This document shows positions 44,680-53,975 of a stretch of 64,000 nucleotides of DNA, piece by piece. This DNA is from Candidatus Roizmanbacteria bacterium. GTDB lineage: Bacteria; Patescibacteriota; Microgenomatia; UBA1406; HO2-37-13b. A model generated the notes under the pieces. That model had not been told where the DNA came from. It saw only the letters and a program-made list of their open reading frames with translations, and made no database searches. How positions within the stretch are numbered: position 1 is the stretch's first letter; each line of letters begins with the position of its first letter. The translations under genes and the position numbers were made by a program. Where the stretch lies: contig JAYPGZ010000004.1 in NCBI GenBank assembly GCA_038127095.1, positions 16,663 to 80,662 of the forward strand, in the 5' to 3' direction.

Positions 44680-45036
44680 ATGCAGCACATTATTCATCGA
44701 CACGCAAAATCATTTGGCCATGCCTGGCGTGGAGTAGGGCATGCACTGCGTACACAACCAAATTTTTTGGTTCATTTAGTTCTGTCAGCCATCGCTGTTA
44801 TGCTCGGCTACACACTTGCTATTTCTTTGGTCGAAAGTATGATATTGGTTGTTGTTATTATGTGTGGTCTTGCAATTGAGCTTATAAATACTGCTATAGA
44901 AGAGGCATGCAATGCGATCGATACTAATTTCCGGGAAGAAATTAAAATAGCAAAGGATGCAGCTGCAGGTGCAATGTTAGTATATGCAATCGGAGCAATT
45001 GTAATTGCGGGACTTATTTTCTTGCCAAAATTATAA
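44680..45036 (+). CDS. dgkA: diacylglycerol/undecaprenol kinase (DgkA family)
   Basis: 118 aa with 3 TM. HAWRGVGHALRTQPNF, IELINTAIEEACNAID. Confidence 0.8.
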   Translation: MQHIIHRHAKSFGHAWRGVGHALRTQPNFLVHLVLSAIAVMLGYTLAISLVESMILVVVIMCGLAIELINTAIEEACNAIDTNFREEIKIAKDAAAGAMLVYAIGAIVIAGLIFLPKL

Positions 45037-45038
45037 CT

Positions 45039-46076
45039 ATGTCATTGTATTTATTAGCTTTTTTTATGTCTTTTGTGACTAATCTTATTCTTATTATTCC
45101 CTTCATTGATTTTTTGTACAAAATGAAATTTCAGCGTGCAAAGCAGGTTACACGAGATGTTTTTGATGAACGTACACCAATTTTCGATAAGCTACACGCT
45201 GTCAAAGCAGGTATTCCTGTTGGAGGAGGTGTATTAATATCTGCAACAACATTGATCATGTTCATAGCATGTATCGCGTACTTTATGATTTCTGGAAAAA
45301 ACATTGTTTCAAATTATGCTTCTGTTTTTTCTGAAATTAAAATCATCATTTTTACACTCGTCTCCTTTTCGCTATTAGGATTGTATGACGACTTGAAAAA
45401 GATGCTGTTTCTAGGGGACGGATCGTTTTTTGGATTGCGCCTCCGGCACAAATTCATCATCGAAATTATTTTGGCGAGCATTATTTCGTACATGATGTAT
45501 ACGGAGCTCAAGATAGATATTCTTCATGTCCCGTTCTTTGGAGTATATGAGATTTCATGGTTCTATATGGTATTTGCTACTTTTGTTATTGTGTCGTTTG
45601 CAAATGCTGTGAACATAACAGATGGACTTGATGGTATGGCAAGTGGCGCGTTAACCATTGCGCTTCTTGCGTTCTGGGCTGTTTCAATTTCTATCCTTGA
45701 CACACCACTGCTTGTATTTATAGCACTCTGGCTTGGTGGACTTATTGCGTTTTTGTATTTTAATATCTATCCTGCACGCTTAATGTTGGGTGATACTGGC
45801 TCTCTTGCTTTTGGTGCAACTTTTGCCGTTATTGGTTTACTACTTGGTAAATCATTTGCATTGCCAATTATTGGAGGCGTATTTGTTATAGAAATTACGA
45901 GTTCACTTATTCAGTTGTTAAGTAAACAGTTTCGTGGTAAAAAAGCATTTCCTGTAGCTCCTCTGCACTTGTGGTTACAGCTCCGAGGGTGGGCAGAGCC
46001 GACCGTGGTCATGCGTGTGTGGATTGCCGGTGCGTTATTTGCAACATTCGGATTGATGGTGGCATTTGTGAAATAA
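45039..46076 (+). CDS. mraY: phospho-N-acetylmuramoyl-pentapeptide transferase
   Basis: About 10 TM. NAVNITDGLDGMA, MLGDTGSLAFG. Confidence 0.93.
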   Translation: MSLYLLAFFMSFVTNLILIIPFIDFLYKMKFQRAKQVTRDVFDERTPIFDKLHAVKAGIPVGGGVLISATTLIMFIACIAYFMISGKNIVSNYASVFSEIKIIIFTLVSFSLLGLYDDLKKMLFLGDGSFFGLRLRHKFIIEIILASIISYMMYTELKIDILHVPFFGVYEISWFYMVFATFVIVSFANAVNITDGLDGMASGALTIALLAFWAVSISILDTPLLVFIALWLGGLIAFLYFNIYPARLMLGDTGSLAFGATFAVIGLLLGKSFALPIIGGVFVIEITSSLIQLLSKQFRGKKAFPVAPLHLWLQLRGWAEPTVVMRVWIAGALFATFGLMVAFVK

Positions 46077-46090
46077 CCATATAACACGTG

Positions 46091-46096
46091 TATAAT
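46091..46096 (+). promoter_or_regulatory. -10 box (TATAAT), 6 nt from the ATG at 46103
   Basis: gtgTATAATgaggatATG. The track start at 46088 is the GTG immediately before the box. Confidence 0.4.
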
Positions 46097-46102
46097 GAGG
46101 AT

Positions 46103-47449
46103 ATGCAAAAGGCCACAGTTTTTGAATTTTCTTCCATAACTCCTGATTGGAGTAAAAAAATCATTGCTTTTGAATACACAATATACTTCGAAGATGGAAA
46201 AAAACTTGTTTTTACGGAAAGAATTGGTCTTCCTGCAGTTCCATTTGTAGTTCATCACGATAGTGAAGCAGTTATTGCTGCCCTCGAAGCGCTCCATTTA
46301 ATAATCGGCGTGAGTTATTACAAACTATATTGCCCTGAAACGATTACCGCACCCCACTACAAGTTATCTGCTCAACAGGCGACATTCTGGAATACTGTGT
46401 ATACAAAGGGCTTGGGCGAATTTTTCTATCAGAATAAGATGCAATTTAAAGATCTTGTCAATTTTCCCGTACATACGCACCCGCCTAAACTCTCACATGG
46501 CTTTCATAAGAAGTCTGGGAAGTCGCTTGTATTAATAGGAGGTGGAAAAGACTCGTTGGTAACAGGTGAACTAGTAAAACAAGCAGGACATAAAATCACT
46601 GCTCTGTATTCACACCCAATTCAAGAACGTTCTTTAGAAGTTTTGGGAATTTCAGGTTTAAAATTTTCGCGCTCAATTGATCCCCAACTATTTACGCTTA
46701 ATAGTCTTCCTTTTACGCAGAATGGACATGTGCCAATTACTGCTCTTTTATCGTTTTTAGGAGTTCTGTGTGCGGTGCTTTATGGATTTGATAATGTTAT
46801 TCTTTCAAATGAACGCAGCGCAAATTATGGCAATATCGACTACCTGGGAAAGGAAATCAATCATCAGTGGAGTAAGTCGATTGAATGTGAAAAGCTATTA
46901 AGTGATTATGTGTCAAATTATGTTTGTCCTGGCGTTACGTATTTTTCACTTTTAAGACCTTTTTATGAAATAAAAATCGTACAGATATTTACACAATTTC
47001 CCAAATATTTTCCGGTCTTTGCAAGTTGTAATAGAAACTTCAAGCAACAAAATGATGGGTCTAAGAATTGGTGCGGTGAATGCCCAAAGTGTGCATTTGT
47101 GTTTGCATTATTGAGTGCGTACGTTCCAAAGATAAAGCTTGTAGATATTTTCGGAAAAAATTTGTTTGATGACCCTCAGCTTCTTGATACATATAAAGAA
47201 CTATTAGGAGTTATTAATAGTAAGCCATTTGAATGTGTCGGAACGCCTCATGAAACAATGTATGCAATGCACGAAGCGTACAAATGGGGAGAATATGCTC
47301 AAACGCCAGTAATGCAATACTTCAATCAAGAAGTTATGCCAACTATTCCTGATATTTCTTCTATTGAAAAAGAAGTGTTATCGTACGGTGATGATAGTAA
47401 TATTCCCGACGAATTTAAAACCATAGTGAAAGAGTATGCTCATAAGTAA
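46103..47449 (+). CDS. PP-loop-like ATPase-fold protein with a C-terminal Cys cluster; candidate MurL-type UDP-MurNAc-L-Ala-L-Glu epimerase
   Basis: GGGKDS at nt 46538-46555 (PP-loop SGGxDS variant). C-x14-C-x2-C-x2-C (SCN...WCGECPKC, last three Cys at 47072-47092). Sits between mraY and murD and overlaps murD by 14 nt. Confidence 0.4.
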   Translation: MQKATVFEFSSITPDWSKKIIAFEYTIYFEDGKKLVFTERIGLPAVPFVVHHDSEAVIAALEALHLIIGVSYYKLYCPETITAPHYKLSAQQATFWNTVYTKGLGEFFYQNKMQFKDLVNFPVHTHPPKLSHGFHKKSGKSLVLIGGGKDSLVTGELVKQAGHKITALYSHPIQERSLEVLGISGLKFSRSIDPQLFTLNSLPFTQNGHVPITALLSFLGVLCAVLYGFDNVILSNERSANYGNIDYLGKEINHQWSKSIECEKLLSDYVSNYVCPGVTYFSLLRPFYEIKIVQIFTQFPKYFPVFASCNRNFKQQNDGSKNWCGECPKCAFVFALLSAYVPKIKLVDIFGKNLFDDPQLLDTYKELLGVINSKPFECVGTPHETMYAMHEAYKWGEYAQTPVMQYFNQEVMPTIPDISSIEKEVLSYGDDSNIPDEFKTIVKEYAHK

Positions 47450-48659
47450 ACTACGAGAGTTTAAAAAAATTCTTATTGTCGGATATGGTGTGGAAGGAAA
47501 GTCGACACATGCTTTTTTACAAAAGTATCATCCAACGGCTCAGGTGACTATTGTTGATAAGCGCGATGGGAAAGACTATTTAGATAATCAACATGATTAT
47601 GATTTGGCGATAAAAACTCCGAGTGTTTTTTCTAAAGAAATCCATATTCCGTATACGACGCAAACAAATATTTTTTTTGCGAATACAATGCAAAAAAAGA
47701 TAGGTATAACAGGATCAAAGGGAAAAAGTTCAACATGCACACTTCTTCATTCAGTTCTTTCCAAAGGCGGCTTGCCGGTAAAGCTATTGGGAAATATTGG
47801 ATATCCAATGCTTGACTATTTTTTAGGAGATATGCATGATGAGGATATATTTATTATTGAGCTTTCAAGTTACCAACTAACCGATTGTCAATTTTCACCA
47901 CATATTGCCTGTTTTCTAAATATATTTTCTGATCATATTACTCAACACGGTTCGTTTCAGGAGTATTTTAATGCGAAGGCAACTATTGCTAAATACAGTT
48001 CAGCCAATGACTTCTTTGTATATAATGGAACGTTTCCAGATATTGCCGAACTTGCCGCTATGACTAAAGCGCATGCTATCGATTTTACCAGGACTTCTCA
48101 ACCAGTATTGCAACACACTCAACTTAGTGGTGATTCTATTAAAGCAGCCTACGAAATTGCACGCATACTGCATGTTCCAAATAACGTCATAGCAGAATGT
48201 GTTGCACGTTTTTCTGGTCTTCCACATCGATTACAGTTGGTGGGGGAGTATCGGGGAATAACATTTATTAATGATTCTTCAGCAACAACTCCAGAAGCTG
48301 CTGCGTTTGCAATAACTCAGTTGAAAAAAATAACGACAATATTGTTAGGTGGACTTAATCGCCAATTGCAAACACGCCAGATAATTGAGGCAGCAAAAAA
48401 AAGGCATGTTAAGCAGTTTATACTTTTTCCAGATGTACAGGAAATGTTAAAGAAGCAACTTTTGCAAGCAGGTATTTTGGAACGTAATATCTATTTTGCT
48501 AACGATATGCAGGAAGCTGTAAGTATCTGCTTCGCAAATTCAATGCCAGGAGATGTTTGTCTTCTCTCTCCGGGATTTGCAAGTTACAATCAGTATCAAA
48601 ATTTTCCTGCACGCGGAGAAGACTTCATTCGTTTAGTCCAACAAAACGCTTTGCAATAA
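47436..48659 (+). CDS. murD: UDP-N-acetylmuramoylalanine--glutamate ligase (MurD family; D- versus L-Glu specificity unresolved)
   Basis: ILIVGYGVEGKST Rossmann N-terminus, GITGSKGKSSTCTLL, FINDSSATTPEAA. Confidence 0.88.
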   Translation: MLISKLREFKKILIVGYGVEGKSTHAFLQKYHPTAQVTIVDKRDGKDYLDNQHDYDLAIKTPSVFSKEIHIPYTTQTNIFFANTMQKKIGITGSKGKSSTCTLLHSVLSKGGLPVKLLGNIGYPMLDYFLGDMHDEDIFIIELSSYQLTDCQFSPHIACFLNIFSDHITQHGSFQEYFNAKATIAKYSSANDFFVYNGTFPDIAELAAMTKAHAIDFTRTSQPVLQHTQLSGDSIKAAYEIARILHVPNNVIAECVARFSGLPHRLQLVGEYRGITFINDSSATTPEAAAFAITQLKKITTILLGGLNRQLQTRQIIEAAKKRHVKQFILFPDVQEMLKKQLLQAGILERNIYFANDMQEAVSICFANSMPGDVCLLSPGFASYNQYQNFPARGEDFIRLVQQNALQ

Positions 48660-48663
48660 TCAT

Positions 48664-49770
48664 ATGATACGAAGAGTAAAACGTGCGGAATTGGCACAAG
48701 CAGTAAAAAATCGAAAAAATTCGCTTATACTTTTTTTTCTTCCTATTATTCTCACTATTGTTGGTTTATTCTTCATTTTTGACGCATCTTCCATAAGCGC
48801 GTTTAGAAATTTCGGAGATAGCTTTTATTTTTTTAAAGCACAGGCTCTTTGGATGATGATAGGAATAACATCGATGATATTTTTTTCTCGATTTGATTAT
48901 CACAAATTGTACTATTTAGCATTTCCTGCGCTAATTGTTTCAATTTTGCTCTTGGTAGCCGTATTGATTCCAGGAATAGGAATCAAGGTACTGGGTGCGC
49001 GACGTTGGATTTCATTAGGAGGAGCGTCGTTGCAGCCCTCTGAAATTGCAAAATTTGGAGTCATTTTATATTTATGCTCGTGGTTTCGCTATAAGGAACG
49101 AAATCGATTTGGATCTTTTTTGCTGCTGCTTGGGCTCGTCGTAGCATTAATAATGATACAACCCGACATGGGAACGGCAATTATTATTGGGGGACTCTTT
49201 GTTATTGTGTATTATTTAGCGGGTAACAGCTTGAGTCATCTATTCTTTTTGGTGCCAATGGGACTTGTAACAGCGCTTGCACTTATTAAAATTGCTCCAT
49301 ATCGATTGAAACGGCTAACGGTTTTTCTTGATCCTTCAAGTGACCCCATGGGAATTGGATATCATGTAAATCAAATTTTAATTTCATTGTCCGGAGGAGG
49401 GCTCTTTGGTAGGGGATTATCTGCTTCTCGACAAAAATATCAGTTCTTGCCAGAAGCTCACACTGATTCGATTTTTGCTATCATCGGAGAAGAAGTCGGA
49501 TTTATGGGTAGCATGTTGCTTATACTTGCATTCGCAACGTTACTTATTAATATTTATGTTGTTGCAAAAAATTCTAACGATCGGTTGGGTCAATTACTTG
49601 CAGGAGCAGTATTTACCCTGGTATCATTGCAGGTAGTTATTAACTTGGGAAGTATGGTGGGAATTATGCCGCTGACCGGTGTTCCGTTACCGTTTATTTC
49701 TTATGGAGGATCAAGTTTGCTTATTTTCTTCTCACTCATGGGAGTGGTTATAAATATTTCACGAAAATGA
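48664..49770 (+). CDS. ftsW: SEDS-family peptidoglycan glycosyltransferase FtsW
   Basis: About 10 TM. RWISLGGASLQPSEIAK, PEAHTDSIFA. In its dcw position. Confidence 0.88.
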   Translation: MIRRVKRAELAQAVKNRKNSLILFFLPIILTIVGLFFIFDASSISAFRNFGDSFYFFKAQALWMMIGITSMIFFSRFDYHKLYYLAFPALIVSILLLVAVLIPGIGIKVLGARRWISLGGASLQPSEIAKFGVILYLCSWFRYKERNRFGSFLLLLGLVVALIMIQPDMGTAIIIGGLFVIVYYLAGNSLSHLFFLVPMGLVTALALIKIAPYRLKRLTVFLDPSSDPMGIGYHVNQILISLSGGGLFGRGLSASRQKYQFLPEAHTDSIFAIIGEEVGFMGSMLLILAFATLLINIYVVAKNSNDRLGQLLAGAVFTLVSLQVVINLGSMVGIMPLTGVPLPFISYGGSSLLIFFSLMGVVINISRK

Positions 49771-50849
49771 AAATACTTATTACAGGAGGGCATATCACAA
49801 CAGCTTTGGCTGTTTTAGATGAGCTTCAGAAACATACCGACATAGATATTGTGGTGGTTGGAAGAAAATATGCTGTAGATTACGAGACGACAGAGTCGTT
49901 TGAATATAAAACACTCAAGGAAAAAAATATTAGATTTGTACATTTACCTGCAGGTAGACTTACTAGGTTGTTTTCTCTATATTCAGTTGTGAGTTTCCTT
50001 AAATTTCCAATAGGTTTTGTGCGTTCATTCATAATATTGCAACAGGAGAAACCAGACTACGTGTTAAGTTTTGGTGGGTATATTGCATTACCGATTGCGC
50101 TCGTAGCATACGCGTTGGGTATTCCTGTATTTACTCATGAGCAAACCATGCGACCAGGTTCAACAAATAAGTTTATTGGGAGATTTGCAAAAAAAGTCTT
50201 TATATCTTTTCAAGATGCGAGTACGCATTTTCCTAAACATAAAACGATATTGACCGGTAATCCAGTGCGATCATGTATTTTAAATGTTGATAATAAGCCT
50301 CAAACGAGACCAGTTGTATTAGTTATGGGCGGCTCACTTGGGTCGCATAGTATTAATCTGCATATTGAAAAGATTATTCACGAGCTTGTTAAAACATGTT
50401 TAGTTATCCATCAAACTGGGAATATTGCACAGTATGGAGATTTTGCTCGATTGAAACTGAAGGAATCTGAGTACTATAGAGTGTATGAACATTTTGATGA
50501 TAAGCAACTGGTGACGTTTTATGCGCAATCGACTGTTGTCGTTGCTCGCTCAGGAGCAAATACGGTAAGTGAACTTATTATGCTTCAAAAACCAAGCGTA
50601 CTCATTCCGCTTCCTTGGTCGGCAAACGGAGAGCAGAAGGCACAAGCGGAATTTATGCAAAAAAATGGAGTAAGTGAAATTTTTGATCAAAAGCAAGATA
50701 GTTCTGTTTTACTCGATATGATTCAGACTGTATTGTCACAGGAAGCCACCTACCAAAACAATTTTGCTCGGTTGAAAGATCAGCAAGAAATCATAGCGCA
50801 TGGTGCGTCTATTATTGTCGACCAAGTACTTCATGAAAAGAATTCCTAA
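49767..50849 (+). CDS. murG: UDP-GlcNAc:lipid I GlcNAc transferase MurG
   Basis: ILITGGHITTALAV, VARSGANTVSELIML, HEQTMRPG. Confidence 0.88.
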   Translation: MKILITGGHITTALAVLDELQKHTDIDIVVVGRKYAVDYETTESFEYKTLKEKNIRFVHLPAGRLTRLFSLYSVVSFLKFPIGFVRSFIILQQEKPDYVLSFGGYIALPIALVAYALGIPVFTHEQTMRPGSTNKFIGRFAKKVFISFQDASTHFPKHKTILTGNPVRSCILNVDNKPQTRPVVLVMGGSLGSHSINLHIEKIIHELVKTCLVIHQTGNIAQYGDFARLKLKESEYYRVYEHFDDKQLVTFYAQSTVVVARSGANTVSELIMLQKPSVLIPLPWSANGEQKAQAEFMQKNGVSEIFDQKQDSSVLLDMIQTVLSQEATYQNNFARLKDQQEIIAHGASIIVDQVLHEKNS

Positions 50850-51525
50850 GCGAACTATTATTCTATTTGCATTCCTTAGTGCAATTATTCTTTCTTTTAC
50901 TGTATATAAAATATTTTTGATCCAATCAATAGAATTGTTTGGCGCATCAACGCTTATTGGACTTGATCAATTTTCCCGCAAACCATCATTTTTTATTAAC
51001 ACTGAACAAGCGTCTCGTGCGCTCTTAAATGCTAATCCGACCTTTGAAAACATTGAATTGAACATGGTGTATCCAAATACGCTCAAGATTACAGCGACTA
51101 AAAGTAGTGCCGTTGCTGTGTTGAAAGTATCGAATGGATACTATGAGATTAGTCATACAGGTAGAATTTTGGCGAAGGTCCGCAAGAAAGAGACGAAGTT
51201 GCCAGAAATTGTGCTTCAGCAATTATTGCCATATGAATCATACGTAGTAGGTCAATTCATGAATAAGCAAGAAGTTTTGTTTGCAGCCTATCTTCTGGAT
51301 AAATTTGCACAAAATGCTATTCCTATCGAGACTGTTGAAATGCAGGGTTTTGATGTGGTACTATGTAAAGGAGCTGGACGTACATATGTATTTTCAGCCA
51401 GTAAAGACAAGGTTGCTCAATTTTCAGACGTTGCCGTTATATATCGGCAGTTTTTTATTGAAGGAAAAAAATTTAGTAAGATTGACGTACGTTTTGATAA
51501 CCCGATTATCGTATTTGAAAAGTAA
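50833..51525 (+). CDS. ftsQ: FtsQ/DivIB-like cell division protein
   Basis: N-terminal TM (IILFAFLSAIILSFTVYKIFL) followed by a POTRA-like region. Position between murG and ftsA. Start at ATG 50833. Confidence 0.6.
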   Translation: MKRIPKRTIILFAFLSAIILSFTVYKIFLIQSIELFGASTLIGLDQFSRKPSFFINTEQASRALLNANPTFENIELNMVYPNTLKITATKSSAVAVLKVSNGYYEISHTGRILAKVRKKETKLPEIVLQQLLPYESYVVGQFMNKQEVLFAAYLLDKFAQNAIPIETVEMQGFDVVLCKGAGRTYVFSASKDKVAQFSDVAVIYRQFFIEGKKFSKIDVRFDNPIIVFEK

Positions 51526-51528
51526 ATT

Positions 51529-52803
51529 ATGACAGATCGAATTATTTCAGGAATTGACATTGGAACGAGCAAAACTGCTGTATTAATTGCCAAGATAGGA
51601 GATGAAGAATCACAGCCACGCATTATGGGTTTTGCTTCTGTGCCGTCAAAAGGGGTACGAAAAGGTCAAATAGTCGATATTAACCAGGTAACCCAAACAG
51701 TTGAATCTGCAATAGATAAAGCTGAGCGTATGGCAGGTACTAAAATCTCCAATGCGCTCGTAAGTGTGGGCGGACCTCATATTGAATCGCTCAATTCGCA
51801 TGGTGTGGTTGCGGTAGCTCAGCCTGAAGTTGAAATCTCGAACGAAGATATTGATCGTGTGGTTGATGCGGCCAAAGCTATTTCAATTTCTTCGACACGA
51901 GAAGTTATTGAAGTAGTCCCTCGAGAATTTATTGTTGATGGTCAAGGTGGGATAAAAAATCCAATTGGAATGAGCGGCGTACGTCTTGAAGTGAATACGC
52001 ATATTATTACTGCAAGTTTAACAAATTTGCGTAATATCGATCGATGCTTGTCAGATCTGGGAGTCGATAATCAGGTCTCAATTTTTTCCGGCCTCAGTTC
52101 TTCTTTGGCAGCATTGTCAGATACTGAAAAAGAGTTGGGTGTTGTTTGTGTTGATATAGGAGGCGGTAAAACCGACATCTGTATTTATGTAGAAGGTGCG
52201 CTGTCCTATTCTTCTTCAATTCCTATTGGGGCACGTCATATAACCAATGATATTGCGGTTGGTTTGCGCGTGTCACTCGATTCTGCAGAACAAATCAAAA
52301 TGCATCTTTCAAAGCCTCATAAAGAATCAACAACTCATACTCGAACCGAAGATGAAATTAACATATCGAGCTTGAATTTGCCAGAAGGCTTGACTAAAAT
52401 TTCTCGAAAAACAGTTGTAGAAGGCATTATTCGTCCTCGATTGGAAGAAATTTTTGCCTATGTCTTAAAGCAGATTGAAAAAAGTGGATTTATTACCGCG
52501 GTTCCTTCTGGACTCGTAGTTGTTGGTGGGGGAGCATTAACTGTTGGCGTGCTTGAAAGTGCTCGTCGTTCAGTTGGATTGCCTGCCCGACTAGGTACGC
52601 CTCAAAATGTTACTGGTTTAGTCGATGAGGTTTTGTTTCCCCAATATGCAACTGTTGTAGGATTGTTGCTGTATTCAAATAATGAGCAAGTTCAAGATGG
52701 TCAAAAAATATCTATGAAGAGTTTTGATAAAATGCTCAAAAATATGTCGTTCCAAGGATCGGTAAAGAAAATACAAGACATGGTAAAGTCGTTTATGCCA
52801 TGA
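51529..52803 (+). CDS. ftsA: cell division protein FtsA
   Basis: Actin-fold motifs GIDIGTSKTAVLIA, VCVDIGGGKTDI, VVVGGGALTVG. Confidence 0.93.
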   Translation: MTDRIISGIDIGTSKTAVLIAKIGDEESQPRIMGFASVPSKGVRKGQIVDINQVTQTVESAIDKAERMAGTKISNALVSVGGPHIESLNSHGVVAVAQPEVEISNEDIDRVVDAAKAISISSTREVIEVVPREFIVDGQGGIKNPIGMSGVRLEVNTHIITASLTNLRNIDRCLSDLGVDNQVSIFSGLSSSLAALSDTEKELGVVCVDIGGGKTDICIYVEGALSYSSSIPIGARHITNDIAVGLRVSLDSAEQIKMHLSKPHKESTTHTRTEDEINISSLNLPEGLTKISRKTVVEGIIRPRLEEIFAYVLKQIEKSGFITAVPSGLVVVGGGALTVGVLESARRSVGLPARLGTPQNVTGLVDEVLFPQYATVVGLLLYSNNEQVQDGQKISMKSFDKMLKNMSFQGSVKKIQDMVKSFMP

Positions 52804-52809
52804 TATACT
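52801..52809 (+). promoter_or_regulatory. extended -10 (TGaTATACT), 10 nt from the ftsZ ATG
   Basis: The TG belongs to the ftsA TGA stop. TATACT at 52804-52809, ATG at 52820. Confidence 0.45.
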
Positions 52810-52819
52810 AACCAAAACT

Positions 52820-53974
52820 ATGCTCATTAAACCCAATGCTGGACAGCCAGCGAAAATTAAAGTAGTAGGTATTGGAGGCGGTGGAGGAAATGCCCTCGCT
52901 ACGATGATAGCGCAAGAAGATATTAAGGGCGTTGAATTCATTGTGATGAATACCGACGCACAGGCTTTGCTTGCTCATGCTGCCGATACCAAAATACAAA
53001 TAGGCGATAACCTGACGAAAGGTTTGGGATCCGGAGGTAATCCAGATGTTGGACAGCGAGCGGCGGAAGAATCTCGAGAAAAAATTAAGGAAGCGCTCGA
53101 AGGGGCAGGCATGGTATTTATTGCTGCTGGTGAAGGTGGAGGTACAGGTACAGGAGCAGCGCCTATTGTTGCGGAAGTAAGTAGAGAGACTGGAGCATTA
53201 ACAGTGGCTGTTGTTACCAAGCCTTTTTCATTTGAAGGTAATCGTCGTAAACTTACTGCACAAGATGGCATTGATCGCCTTCGAGATAAGGTAGACACAC
53301 TCATTGTTATACCAAACCAAAAGGTGCTCGAAATTATTGATACCAAGGTAAGCATGATTGATGCGTTCAAAAAGGTCGATTCTGTATTGCATCAGGGAGT
53401 AAAAGGTATAGCAGAGCTTATTACTGTTCCAGGTCTTATAAACGTTGACTTTGCCGATGTGCGCTCGATTATGAAAGATGCCGGTACAGCGCTTATGGGT
53501 ATTGGTACAGGAACAGGTGAAAAACGAGTGCAAAGCGCAGTAAAACAGGCAATTTCTTCTCCACTGCTTGAAGCTTCAATACAAGGAGCAAAAGGAGTGC
53601 TATTTAATGTAATAGGAGGTCCTGATCTTTCAATGGCAGAAGTAGACGAAGCAGCATCTATTCTACAAAAAACAGTTGATCCGGATGCGGAAATTATTTT
53701 TGGTGCGGTAATCCAGGAAAAAATGGCTGGCGATGTAAAAATAATTGTTATTGCGACTAAGTTTGATGAGCAACGACTACATTTTGCTAATCAGTATTCG
53801 GGTATGTATGACGAAAATGATGAAGATAAAGCCACGGTCGATGAAGATGAGGCAACAGTTGCATCGGTGCGCCCAGATAATAATGAAACACCAAAAGCTC
53901 GTCCAGTTCAAACAACTAATTCCGACATGGACGACGATGAATTCGATATTCCCACATTTCTGAGAAAAAAATAA
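52820..53974 (+). CDS. ftsZ: cell division GTPase FtsZ
   Basis: GIGGGGGNA, tubulin signature GGGTGTGAAP, C-terminal peptide DDEFDIPTFLRKK. Confidence 0.98.
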   Translation: MLIKPNAGQPAKIKVVGIGGGGGNALATMIAQEDIKGVEFIVMNTDAQALLAHAADTKIQIGDNLTKGLGSGGNPDVGQRAAEESREKIKEALEGAGMVFIAAGEGGGTGTGAAPIVAEVSRETGALTVAVVTKPFSFEGNRRKLTAQDGIDRLRDKVDTLIVIPNQKVLEIIDTKVSMIDAFKKVDSVLHQGVKGIAELITVPGLINVDFADVRSIMKDAGTALMGIGTGTGEKRVQSAVKQAISSPLLEASIQGAKGVLFNVIGGPDLSMAEVDEAASILQKTVDPDAEIIFGAVIQEKMAGDVKIIVIATKFDEQRLHFANQYSGMYDENDEDKATVDEDEATVASVRPDNNETPKARPVQTTNSDMDDDEFDIPTFLRKK

Positions 53975-53975
53975 T

